64,000 nt of DNA. Origin: Candidatus Bathyarchaeota archaeon. Lineage in GTDB: Archaea; Thermoproteota; Bathyarchaeia; Bathyarchaeales; Bathycorpusculaceae. Below are positions 40,456-48,797 of this stretch, in pieces; positions within the stretch are counted from its first letter, which is position 1; every line of letters starts with the position of its first letter. The translations under genes were made by a program, and so were the position numbers. The notes beneath the pieces are model-generated. The model was given only the letters and a program-made list of their open reading frames with translations. It did not search any database and was not told the origin of the DNA. The DNA lies in NCBI GenBank assembly GCA_963707955.1, contig OY970176.1, positions 1,120,001 through 1,184,000 of the forward strand. The letters run 5' to 3'.

Positions 40456-41689
40456 GAAACTGTTGACCTTTGAAGAGGCAAAAAAAGTCATTCTAGAACG
40501 ATGCAGACCTACGCCTTTGGGCATTGAAGAGATTTCGCTTCTGGAGGCTAGCAGCCGTGTTCTAGCACAAGACGTAACGGCCAGCAGAGACATTCCACCA
40601 TTTGATCGGTCAACAGTTGACGGATACGCTGTGAGGGCGCAGGACACGTTTGGTGCCGAGGAAAACAGACCGATTACGCTGGTGGCCCACGGGGCAGTGC
40701 GCGTTGGCGAAACTCCTAAGATAGTTGTCAGAAAGAAAGAAGCAGCAGAAATAGTCACAGGAGCACCTATTCCCGAAGGTGCAGACGCTGTTGTCATGGT
40801 TGAGCAGACTGAAAGAAAGGCTGACCGTGTTCGTGTTTTCAGCGCAGTTGCAAGGCATGAGAACATAATGAAGGCAGGACAGGACATCGGAAAAGGCGAG
40901 ATTGTCCTTAAATCTGGCAAACTGCTGGGTTCGAGAGAAGTCGGTGTTCTAGCTGCCTTGGGCATGGCGAAAGTCAAGGTCTACGTGGTTCCTCGAGTAG
41001 CAGTTTTTTCGACAGGAGCTGAGGTAACCGAGCCGGGCAGAAGTCTGCTCAATGGGAAGATTTATGACATCAACGCGTACAGTCTGAGCGCAGCTGTGCT
41101 CGAAAGCGGGGGGAAGCCTATTTTTCTCGGCGTTTTCCCTGATGACCTCGTCAAGCTTCAGAAAGCGTTGAGGCATGCTTTGGCCTCCGCCGACGTTGTG
41201 GTAACCTCTGGCGGTGTCTCTGTGGGCCCAAAAGATGTTATGCCAAAAGCGTTGGCTTCTCTCGGAAAACCTGGCACGATCATATCTGGAATCGCTATCA
41301 AGCCTGGAAAACCCACGACGATAGGGCTGATCTGCGATAAACCAGTGTTTTCACTTCCTGGACATCCTACATCTGCATTGCTGGTTTTCCATCTACTTGC
41401 CCGCCCGATAATACAGGCAATGGGAGGGAGAAGAGCAGAAGAAGACTTAGAAGTGAAGGCTATCACAATGGCAAGGATGTTCCCGGCAAAGGGAAGAAGA
41501 ACATTTGTCATGGTGGCCCTGAAGCGCGATAAGCTAAACCGGACTGTGGCCGAGCCTATTCTAGCAGGGGATTCTGGAGCGATAACGACCCTCACGAGAG
41601 CAGATGGTTATGTTGAGATACCTGAAAACGTGCAATTCGTGGATGCAGACGAGGAAGTCGCGGTGCGACTTTTTCGAAAAATGCCGTAA
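40448..41689 (+). CDS. moeA: Molybdopterin molybdotransferase MoeA, second paralog
   Basis: PPFDRSTVDGYAV, TGAPIP, SGGVSVG, KPGKP, LPGHP. Confidence 0.95.
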   Translation: MFRKLLTFEEAKKVILERCRPTPLGIEEISLLEASSRVLAQDVTASRDIPPFDRSTVDGYAVRAQDTFGAEENRPITLVAHGAVRVGETPKIVVRKKEAAEIVTGAPIPEGADAVVMVEQTERKADRVRVFSAVARHENIMKAGQDIGKGEIVLKSGKLLGSREVGVLAALGMAKVKVYVVPRVAVFSTGAEVTEPGRSLLNGKIYDINAYSLSAAVLESGGKPIFLGVFPDDLVKLQKALRHALASADVVVTSGGVSVGPKDVMPKALASLGKPGTIISGIAIKPGKPTTIGLICDKPVFSLPGHPTSALLVFHLLARPIIQAMGGRRAEEDLEVKAITMARMFPAKGRRTFVMVALKRDKLNRTVAEPILAGDSGAITTLTRADGYVEIPENVQFVDADEEVAVRLFRKMP

Positions 41690-41752
41690 ACGACAAAGAG
41701 AATTTGAGAAGACGAATGTTGGTGCGATTACATAAAACGAGAAAAGATGTCC

Positions 41753-42110
41753 TCATTCTTCAAGAACTTTTCTCTTGTTTGCGGCGTATGCCGTGAAGAC
41801 CCATGTTAGAATGAGATAGAAAATCATTCCGACGCTGAGAAGATAATTGCTTGTCAAAACACTGTAAATGACATAGAATGCGAAAGTTGTGCTAGCAAAG
41901 AACAAGATTATGATAAACCAGAATGACCAAGCTCTCTTCCTAAACATGCCATAGGCAGCAATCAGGCTGAGTATGCCGAGGATCCCAACGTGCGGCGGGA
42001 AGCCACTCAATGGCAAAAGGGCAATGAATGCTATTCCGACGATTGCGTAGAAAGCGGATGTTGCGAAAATTCCCCAGTCTCTCAATCCTCAGCCTCGACC
42101 CGAGTGACAT
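41753..42110 (-). CDS. Four-TM membrane protein (probable 1-nt frameshift near 42078; ATG at 42110)
   Basis: Hydrophobic ORF 41753-42085; upstream ATG TCA CTC GGG (MSLGSRLRIE) joins after removal of one base; TATA-like TTTATTAA at about 42150-42157. Confidence 0.65.
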
Positions 42111-42115
42111 TTTCC

Positions 42116-42190
42116 ATACGCCTTTAACCCTAATGCATTGACGGTAACATTAATAAATCTAATGTTCTACTTTCCTTTCTAATGACACTC
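42116..42190. repeat. att-like repeat copy 1 containing AACATTA-ataaatc-TAATGTT (other copies 42769-42843, 44248-44289)
   Basis: TAATAAATCTAATGTTCTACTTTCC is identical in copies 1 and 2; ATAAATCTAATGTTC is also in copy 3. Confidence 0.85.
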
Positions 42191-42263
42191 CTGTAAACCA
42201 TAGCGTGAAAAAGAAAGCCCGCCCTAAAAAATAGGAAGTTCTTTTTTCATTACCTCGCACGCG

Positions 42264-42656
42264 CTATTTCTTGGCAGCCTTGCTAAGGTATGCGCCTATT
42301 TGTTCTGTCTCTTTAGCAAAGGTCTCGTACGGATAGTGTTGACCATGGATCATAGCACTCCATCTAGAAGTGTAGCTGGCCAGAAATGCAATTTCTGCAA
42401 GTTCTTCCTTCGTGGCACCGTACATTTTGGCTGCGCTTATGTGGAAGAGCGCGCAGTATGGACACCTTATGTTTGCTGCAACTGCTAATCCCATCAGCTC
42501 CCTGTACTTTGCGGGTATCTTACTCTCCCCCAAGGTGTACTTTTTGAAAAGAGGCCAGTCATGTATAAGGACATCCTTTGGTAGAGCCTCCATGAAGCCA
42601 GGAACAAGACCGAGGCTTTTCTTAATGTCATTCAGCGTATCTTCATATTCTCCCAT
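42264..42656 (-). CDS. Carboxymuconolactone decarboxylase/AhpD family protein
   Basis: IPAKYRELMGLAVAANIRCPYCALFH; GGAGGTGA SD before the ATG at 42656. Confidence 0.9.
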   Translation of the reverse strand: MGEYEDTLNDIKKSLGLVPGFMEALPKDVLIHDWPLFKKYTLGESKIPAKYRELMGLAVAANIRCPYCALFHISAAKMYGATKEELAEIAFLASYTSRWSAMIHGQHYPYETFAKETEQIGAYLSKAAKK

Positions 42657-42893
42657 TGATATCACCTCCGATCTTGAGTGATTTACAACTGATAACTCGC
42701 TTTTAGCCACCTATCGAACAGGAAGTATAATACTGAATTGCATATAGCACGGCCGGATTGCGCGCGCTATAGCGTTAACCTTAATGCTTTTTCAGTACCA
42801 CTAATAAATCTAATGTTCTACTTTCCCGTTTAAACTCACACTCACGGATAGCACTTCTAGAAAAGGAAGAGCGCGCGCTCTTCTAGCCAATCA

Positions 42894-43346
42894 TCACTTT
42901 TTCGTCGTGTATTTCTCTGACTCTTCCTGAAGTTCTTTCGTCCAATCCTTAGTAGGCATCGGACTGTTGATTTCGATAAGGTTTCCATCAGGGTCTCTCA
43001 GGTAAACCACTCGCATACCCCAATCTGGACGTTCTTGAAGCTCAGTAATGAATCCAATATTCCTTTCTTTTAACCTTTTGATGGTAGTGTCAAGGTCATC
43101 CACGGTGAATATCAATGCTATTCTGTCTTGGGCAACTGCACTCTCAGGAAGGTTGGACGTGCCTAAGGCTTTTGCTTGGGCTTCTCTCTTAAAAAGTGAA
43201 AGTTGGGCTCCTCCTTCTGAAACGTAGCTTGCATATGCACCCTTTTCTTCTCCCCACGTTACCCTCAAGCCCATGGCGTCTCTGTAGAAGCGGAAGCAAG
43301 CCTCAAAATCGACAACTAACAGTCTCACATGATCCAAATGTAACAT
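42894..43346 (-). CDS. VOC/glyoxalase family protein
   Basis: HVRLLV, FYRDAMG, WGMRVVYLRDPDGNLIEI. Confidence 0.92.
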   Translation of the reverse strand: MLHLDHVRLLVVDFEACFRFYRDAMGLRVTWGEEKGAYASYVSEGGAQLSLFKREAQAKALGTSNLPESAVAQDRIALIFTVDDLDTTIKRLKERNIGFITELQERPDWGMRVVYLRDPDGNLIEINSPMPTKDWTKELQEESEKYTTKK

Positions 43347-43439
43347 AGCTTAACTCCTCGGAAAAAACTTGTTTTTCACACATATAATTATTCCTCTAAC
43401 GAAGAAGAATTTTGTCAAAAAGTGGTTGTGGTTGGGGTA

Positions 43440-43740
43440 AAGTTTCTGAACATCATCAACATTTCTAGCGATGGCTGAATGATAAATATCAGACTCTTCA
43501 AACTCCACCAATTGTGTATAGATTAATGTGTTGGCAATGTTCTTATGTCCCAATAACGTCATTACATATAGAATGTCTTTAGTCCTATGATTTTGTCGCT
43601 TTCCAATGGCGAAATGTATGGAAATGGATCTTCAATAATCTTGGATTCCCAAGCTTCTTTGCAGAGCGTTTTCTCTGAGGGTTGAAATTGTTAAACATTG
43701 TTTGCCATGAATTGGCTCCAAAGACCTTATCGCTATCTCT
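43440..43740 (-). pseudogene. Tyrosine recombinase/integrase C-terminal fragment, frameshifted and truncated at both ends
   Basis: Translates QRKRSAKKLGNPRLLKIHFHTFRHWKAT / HRTKDILYVMTLLGHKNIANTLIYTQL, with HxxR, LLGH and catalytic Y. Confidence 0.85.
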
Positions 43741-44087
43741 GCGCGCGCGCTAAAAGCCAAGAAGATCTATGAAGCAACCGACAAGCCGGCCACAAACTCA
43801 TACAAGAGGGACGAATATCCAAGCGACTCCTCAGAATCATCAGTCAACCACTCATTTCGAGACAGAAACGGCTGCGTTCCTGAGCTTTTGGAAAACGTGC
43901 GCTAACCAACCACTAGTTGACACGCAAGATTGAAATGCCCAAAATGGCCGCTTCCGGTTGTCATGAGGTCGGCGCACGCGCTCTTTTTGACGTGGGCATA
44001 TTTGGATCCAAATATCCATGGTACGTTGAAACCGAGGAGGGGCAGGTTCCTCAGCCTAGCAAAGACTTCTCAACCCACCAAAATCTA

Positions 44088-44112
44088 GGAGCCGGGGATG
44101 GGAGTTGAATCC
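44088..44112 (-). other. tRNA 3'-end fragment (T loop to discriminator U; Cys/Thr-like), probable att remnant
   Basis: Reverse complement GGATTCAACTCCCATCCCCGGCTCC; no 5' half upstream. Confidence 0.55.
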
Positions 44113-44336
44113 TAGGCTAATGGAGACATCACCCGCCCACTCTGCCGTTTCTCTCTGCATCAATGTATTCTGGCCACTTTGCACTAACATGTGCGACCCA
44201 CCGTCAAACCAGCCCGGTTTAACTGGCATCGTCCGACTATGGACCCGATAAATCTAATGTTCCATTCCAAACACTTAACTTCACACTCAAATTGAACTCA
44301 AAGCGTGCGCTTTCATCTTCACCGTCAATACGGGCG

Positions 44337-45392
44337 CTATTGAAATTCTGCCACCATCGCATCCATTACAAGAACCTCTCTGAATCCTAAATTCTTCACT
44401 GTTTCTATGAGTTCTTGCCTTGCTGTAGGAGCCGCTAGGCGAATTCTTCTTACGCCGCCTTCGGCAATTTCGTTGTTTGCTGCTTCTATGAGTAGTTTCT
44501 CGATGCCGAGCGACCTGTCTTCAGAGTTTACCTGTATAGAACCGATACGGCCTGCTTCTTTGGCCGTGGTGTACGATGCCTCAGCATACCCAACTATCCT
44601 GCTACCCAGCACAGCAACCAGCTTCTTCTGAGTCGCGAAACCGAATATCCGCTGTAGGAATGGTGTTTTCAAGTCTTTCTTCGTGAAATCGAAGATCCTT
44701 AGGCTGTTCGGGTCTTCTGAGGCTTCTATTAGGTTGTAGACCTCGTCCAAGTCATCTTTCTGGAATTCTCTGATTTTGACTCCGGAGGCGTTTTCTGGCG
44801 CACGCATGGAATTTGTCTCTCTGACGAAATAGGCCAAATGCTCAAATGTTTTGAACCCCAGCTTGACGTAGACGCTTTTTGCAGAGTCATTCGTAGAATC
44901 TACGTGAAGGACTGCTCTCGCCTTTTTTCTTCTTCGAATGTAGTTGAGGGCATTTGTCATTAGTGTGGTCGCGATTCCTTTTCTTCTGTAGTCTGGGTGC
45001 ACCATGACTGATGATATGTAGCCGGATTTTCCTCGGTTATTGATGATTGTTGTGCCGACAATTTTGCCGTCTGCTTCTGCAACGAGAAACTTTGCTGGTT
45101 CTTTTCCACTGAGCCGCAGCAGCCCTAGGATGAGCGTGCCAGTTCTTCCGAATGCGCGATTGACCATGTCAGCTACATGATCTGGATCAAAGCCTGAAAT
45201 CTCGAACTCCTTGGCAAAACACATTGTAAAAAGACCCAGCAAATCACTCAAATCAGACTTGCGGAGGTCTCTAATCAGAATGTGGCCATTCGTTTTGTCG
45301 AGTTCTGTGTTTTCCATATCCGAAGCTTCCAATATCTGTATCCTCGATTTCGATGTATTTGAAATTTTTCCACAGTTATTATCATGGCGCAT
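44337..45392 (-). CDS. Tandem GNAT acetyltransferase (start may be 45317)
   Basis: VHPDYRRKGIAT, AKSVYVKLGF; second degenerate GNAT domain (EDRSLGIE, KNLGF). Confidence 0.88.
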   Translation of the reverse strand: MRHDNNCGKISNTSKSRIQILEASDMENTELDKTNGHILIRDLRKSDLSDLLGLFTMCFAKEFEISGFDPDHVADMVNRAFGRTGTLILGLLRLSGKEPAKFLVAEADGKIVGTTIINNRGKSGYISSVMVHPDYRRKGIATTLMTNALNYIRRRKKARAVLHVDSTNDSAKSVYVKLGFKTFEHLAYFVRETNSMRAPENASGVKIREFQKDDLDEVYNLIEASEDPNSLRIFDFTKKDLKTPFLQRIFGFATQKKLVAVLGSRIVGYAEASYTTAKEAGRIGSIQVNSEDRSLGIEKLLIEAANNEIAEGGVRRIRLAAPTARQELIETVKNLGFREVLVMDAMVAEFQ

Positions 45393-45643
45393 GAGGAAAA
45401 TCCGCGCGCATTCACTTTCTTAGACACAGTAATCAACATAGCCCAAACGACTGGTCACTACCCTAGGTGTTCTGTGCAAAGTGATCAATCCAAGATTCGC
45501 AGAGCGAGGAGCAATTTTGAACGAATGGGCAAGAGATAACAACTCAAAGCGCATGCTCTAGAAAAGGAAGAGCGCGCATTACGCTTATTAGTGAGCAATT
45601 TTGAGAGGTCTAGCACACGGTGCACTCAAGGAGCTTAACCGCA

Positions 45644-46375
45644 ATGGGAACAGCTGAAGAAGAAAACGTTGACGAAGTCAATTACAAGCATGAAATCAAA
45701 GTCACCAAGAATGGCCCATACCTTGTTTCTGGCAAACTCCCCATATCCGAACAAATAATCATCGTCAACAAGGATAGGGTTCCGGTCGAATGGCGTTCGG
45801 GCAAGAAATATCCTTTGCAGGAAAAATGCGGTCTTTGCCGATGTGGAGAATCAAAAAACAGACCTTTCTGTGATGGAACACATACAAAAATCGGTTTTGA
45901 TGGTACTGAGCGGGCCAGCAGTGAACCCTACCTGAAACAGGCAAAAATCATACAGGGCCCAACGCTTAAGCTAACCGACGTTGTGGATCTTTGTGCCTCT
46001 GCGCGTTTCTGTCATAGAGCAGGCGAAATTTGGAACCTTATTCCAAAATCAGATGACATGGACGCTAAACGTGCGGCAATCGAAGAAGCAGGAGACTGCC
46101 CGTCAGGTCGCCTTGTGATTTGGAACAAGAAAACAGGGGAGGCAATTGAACCAAAATTGGAAAAATCAATCGGGTTAATTGAAGACCCTCAGATGGAGTG
46201 CAGTGGTCCGATTTGGGTACGAGGAGGCATCCCGATTAGGTCTGTAGATGGAAAAATCTATGAAGTTCGCAATCGCGTTACTCTCTGTCGCTGCGGCAAG
46301 TCCTCCATCAAACCATTTTGTGATAGCAGTCACTTCCCTGAGCATCGCTACGAAGAAATGATGTCTCGTAAGTAA
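45644..46375 (+). CDS. CDGSH iron-sulfur domain protein (two CDGSH motifs plus divergent 4Fe-4S domain)
   Basis: LCRCGESKNRPFCDGTH, CASARFC...CPSG, LCRCGKSSIKPFCDSSH. Confidence 0.92.
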   Translation: MGTAEEENVDEVNYKHEIKVTKNGPYLVSGKLPISEQIIIVNKDRVPVEWRSGKKYPLQEKCGLCRCGESKNRPFCDGTHTKIGFDGTERASSEPYLKQAKIIQGPTLKLTDVVDLCASARFCHRAGEIWNLIPKSDDMDAKRAAIEEAGDCPSGRLVIWNKKTGEAIEPKLEKSIGLIEDPQMECSGPIWVRGGIPIRSVDGKIYEVRNRVTLCRCGKSSIKPFCDSSHFPEHRYEEMMSRK

Positions 46376-46487
46376 AATCAACATGATCCTATATTTTGTA
46401 GCGCGCAGTGAGAAAAACAGAGAGCCACCTACTGTCATATTTTTCGCACCAAGTATTCGAGGTAATGCTAGTAAGCTTCAACATTGA

Positions 46488-46919
46488 TTACATTAGTCCT
46501 AGCTGTTTCATCATTCCGACTACGTCGTAGAAAAGGCGTTCCTCTTTGATTTCGTTGTTTTTCCAAGTGGCAACGGTGCAGAACTCGAGCTTAGCCGTTT
46601 TGTGCGTAGGTTGAACGATTTTTCCATCTGGCCCTTTCATTGGTCCTATCATGGTTGCTGTCCAGTCAGCGACAGAACAAGTGTAGTTGCCATCGCCGAA
46701 AAGAATTTTGTAAGGATTATTAACCAGCTTATTATCAAATGTTTTGAAGAATTCGACAGATTCCTTGTAATGTGCTTCTCGACCTCTCGTCGGTTCCGGC
46801 TGACCAGGCCAGTAAACTGCGACGTTTGCTGCGTGGCGTTTCTTGAATGTCTCCCAATCCTGATTGTTCCAAGCATCATCCAAAGTCATCATCAATTTCA
46901 TGTTTTCCTTCACACCCAT
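46488..46919 (-). CDS. SnoaL-like ester cyclase (NTF2 fold)
   Basis: DDAWN, PTRGREA, IKEERLFYD...QLGL; GAGGTGA SD. Confidence 0.88.
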   Translation of the reverse strand: MGVKENMKLMMTLDDAWNNQDWETFKKRHAANVAVYWPGQPEPTRGREAHYKESVEFFKTFDNKLVNNPYKILFGDGNYTCSVADWTATMIGPMKGPDGKIVQPTHKTAKLEFCTVATWKNNEIKEERLFYDVVGMMKQLGLM

Positions 46920-47007
46920 CACAATCACCTCAACAGTCCGAAGTCATTGCTAGGATAATAAAATTGCGAAAGCTGCTAAGGAAAGCGCGCCAAAAAATGA
47001 GAAAAAT

Positions 47008-47346
47008 CTACGGATTCTTTGTGAGTTCTGATAGTTGTTTTTTGGTTAACCCAACCCCAGGCTCGGCATCAAGCCTCTTGTGCACCTTTCCTTTTTTGAA
47101 AAGAAGCACAGTGGGGTAGTACTCAATCGCGTATTCCTCACACAAATCTGGTCTTTCATCAACTATGACGCGCATGCACTCTTGCGGATTGCCTCTGGCG
47201 TACTCTTCAAATACTGGTAGGAACCTTTGGGAAAATGGGCACCAAGTAGTGTAGAAGAGGACAAAAGCCCTGTCCTTGTTTTCTATTTCTCTCCCTAGAC
47301 TGCTACTTCTGGAGACTTCTATTTTACGCTTTTCAGCTTTGCTCAT
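47008..47346 (-). CDS. Thioredoxin-fold protein with CxxS motif
   Basis: FYTTWCPFS, YYPTVLLFKKG. Confidence 0.85.
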   Translation of the reverse strand: MSKAEKRKIEVSRSSSLGREIENKDRAFVLFYTTWCPFSQRFLPVFEEYARGNPQECMRVIVDERPDLCEEYAIEYYPTVLLFKKGKVHKRLDAEPGVGLTKKQLSELTKNP

Positions 47347-47692
47347 TCATCTTTCACCCCTCTTTTATATCGCGTCTTAGCCTGTATACCAGCAACCATT
47401 AAAGTTTTTCGCGTTTTGAAAGCACGCATGCTAAAATACAATCTTGGGTTCATGCAGCAACCTGCCCAGCGCGCGCTATCCCAGTTGGACCGCGTCTTGA
47501 TCAATGTTTACTTCCGATTAAGCCCGCGTATGATTTCTTTTCTAGGTAATCGTAATACCTCATAATGTTCTGGCGTTAACATAAATGCATTCAATGTTGA
47601 CGGTTTGGCAGCCTTGCGGAATTTTTAATATTAGGTGGCGGCCTACAAGTGGTAAGTACAGAAGGAAATGTCTAGCAAGCGGATGAAGACAG

Positions 47693-48592
47693 ATGAGCTA
47701 TCGTGAGGTTTTTGTTTCGCCTTCAAACATCTTTAGCGGTTTTCAAAAACCATTCGGCAAAGCAGACTATGCAATACTGGGAGTGCCGTTTGACGTTACG
47801 AGTACATACCGCACTGGAGCCAGGTTTGGACCCATCGCAATTCGGCAAGCGTCGCTTAACATAGAAACCTACAGTTTTCGCACGGGCGTAGATGTAGAAG
47901 ACCTGAGTCTCCACGATCTGGGTGATTTGCATGTGTCTTCTGACACAGCGAAAACCTTGGAAATGCTCGAGCTTGTCATTAGGGACATCCTGAAAACGGG
48001 GAAGGTTCCTGTAACGATTGGCGGGGAACACACCATAACTTTTGGCATAGCAAAAGGCCTTGCAAAAATGGCTTCCACAACAGCAATAGTAAGCTTCGAC
48101 GCCCACCTTGACATGCGTAACGAGTTCTTAGGACTAAAAATGTCGCACACAACCTTCATGCGCAGAATAAATGAAGAAGTGAGACCCGCAAAAATCGTCG
48201 AGGTCGGCACACGGGCAGTCTGCAGAGAAGAGCTAAGGTACGCAAGAAAGGCAGGAATAGAGTTTTTGACGACGCAACAGATCAGAAAAGAAGGAACCAA
48301 ACGCACAATAAAACAGCTGGAGGAAACGCTGGCGAACCACAAGCACATCTACCTATCGGTCGACATGGACATACTTGACCCGGCTTTCGTGCCTGCCGTA
48401 CAGAACCCAGAGGCTGACGGTTTAGAAATGCACTCTCTGCTTGACATTCTGGCAGGCGTATGTGATAAGCGTGTAGTCGGCTTTGATGTCCTAGAGATAG
48501 CGCCTGACTACGATCGAGGAGTCTCAGCGATCCAGACAGCAAAAGTCATTTTCGAAATGCTTTGCCAAATAGAAAAGTCAAGGACAGCCTAG
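47693..48592 (+). CDS. speB: Agmatinase
   Basis: GARFGP, GGEH, DAHLD, SHTT, DMDILDP. Confidence 0.93.
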   Translation: MSYREVFVSPSNIFSGFQKPFGKADYAILGVPFDVTSTYRTGARFGPIAIRQASLNIETYSFRTGVDVEDLSLHDLGDLHVSSDTAKTLEMLELVIRDILKTGKVPVTIGGEHTITFGIAKGLAKMASTTAIVSFDAHLDMRNEFLGLKMSHTTFMRRINEEVRPAKIVEVGTRAVCREELRYARKAGIEFLTTQQIRKEGTKRTIKQLEETLANHKHIYLSVDMDILDPAFVPAVQNPEADGLEMHSLLDILAGVCDKRVVGFDVLEIAPDYDRGVSAIQTAKVIFEMLCQIEKSRTA

Positions 48593-48797
48593 TCGCAAAT
48601 CAAAGAAGTCAAAGAGTGCCTCGACGAGAAGTCGGAGGATACGAAAGGAGACCTATGCCAAGAAGGATTACCCTCAAGAACTATTCGACAGAATACTTGA
48701 ATATGAGCTTGCTTTTGTTTAAGAAGCCCGATGCCCCGACATTAGCAGAACGCTTCTGGGAAGGAACACGCAAGCTAAGCCTTTTTCAATGAGTTCT

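Larger units (their letters stand above)
42116..47602. mobile_element. Accessory island / integration hotspot of single-gene modules with an integrase relic
   Basis: Repeated att-like cores, tyrosine-recombinase fragment, tRNA 3' fragment, and six unrelated small genes separated by GCGCGC motifs. Confidence 0.7.

Noticed and set aside
42116-47602. Classical integron (attC cassettes, IntI)
   Set aside because: I could not find paired RYYYAAC/GTTRRRY boxes after the genes, and the integrase relic is too short to call IntI; an IntegronFinder run would settle it.
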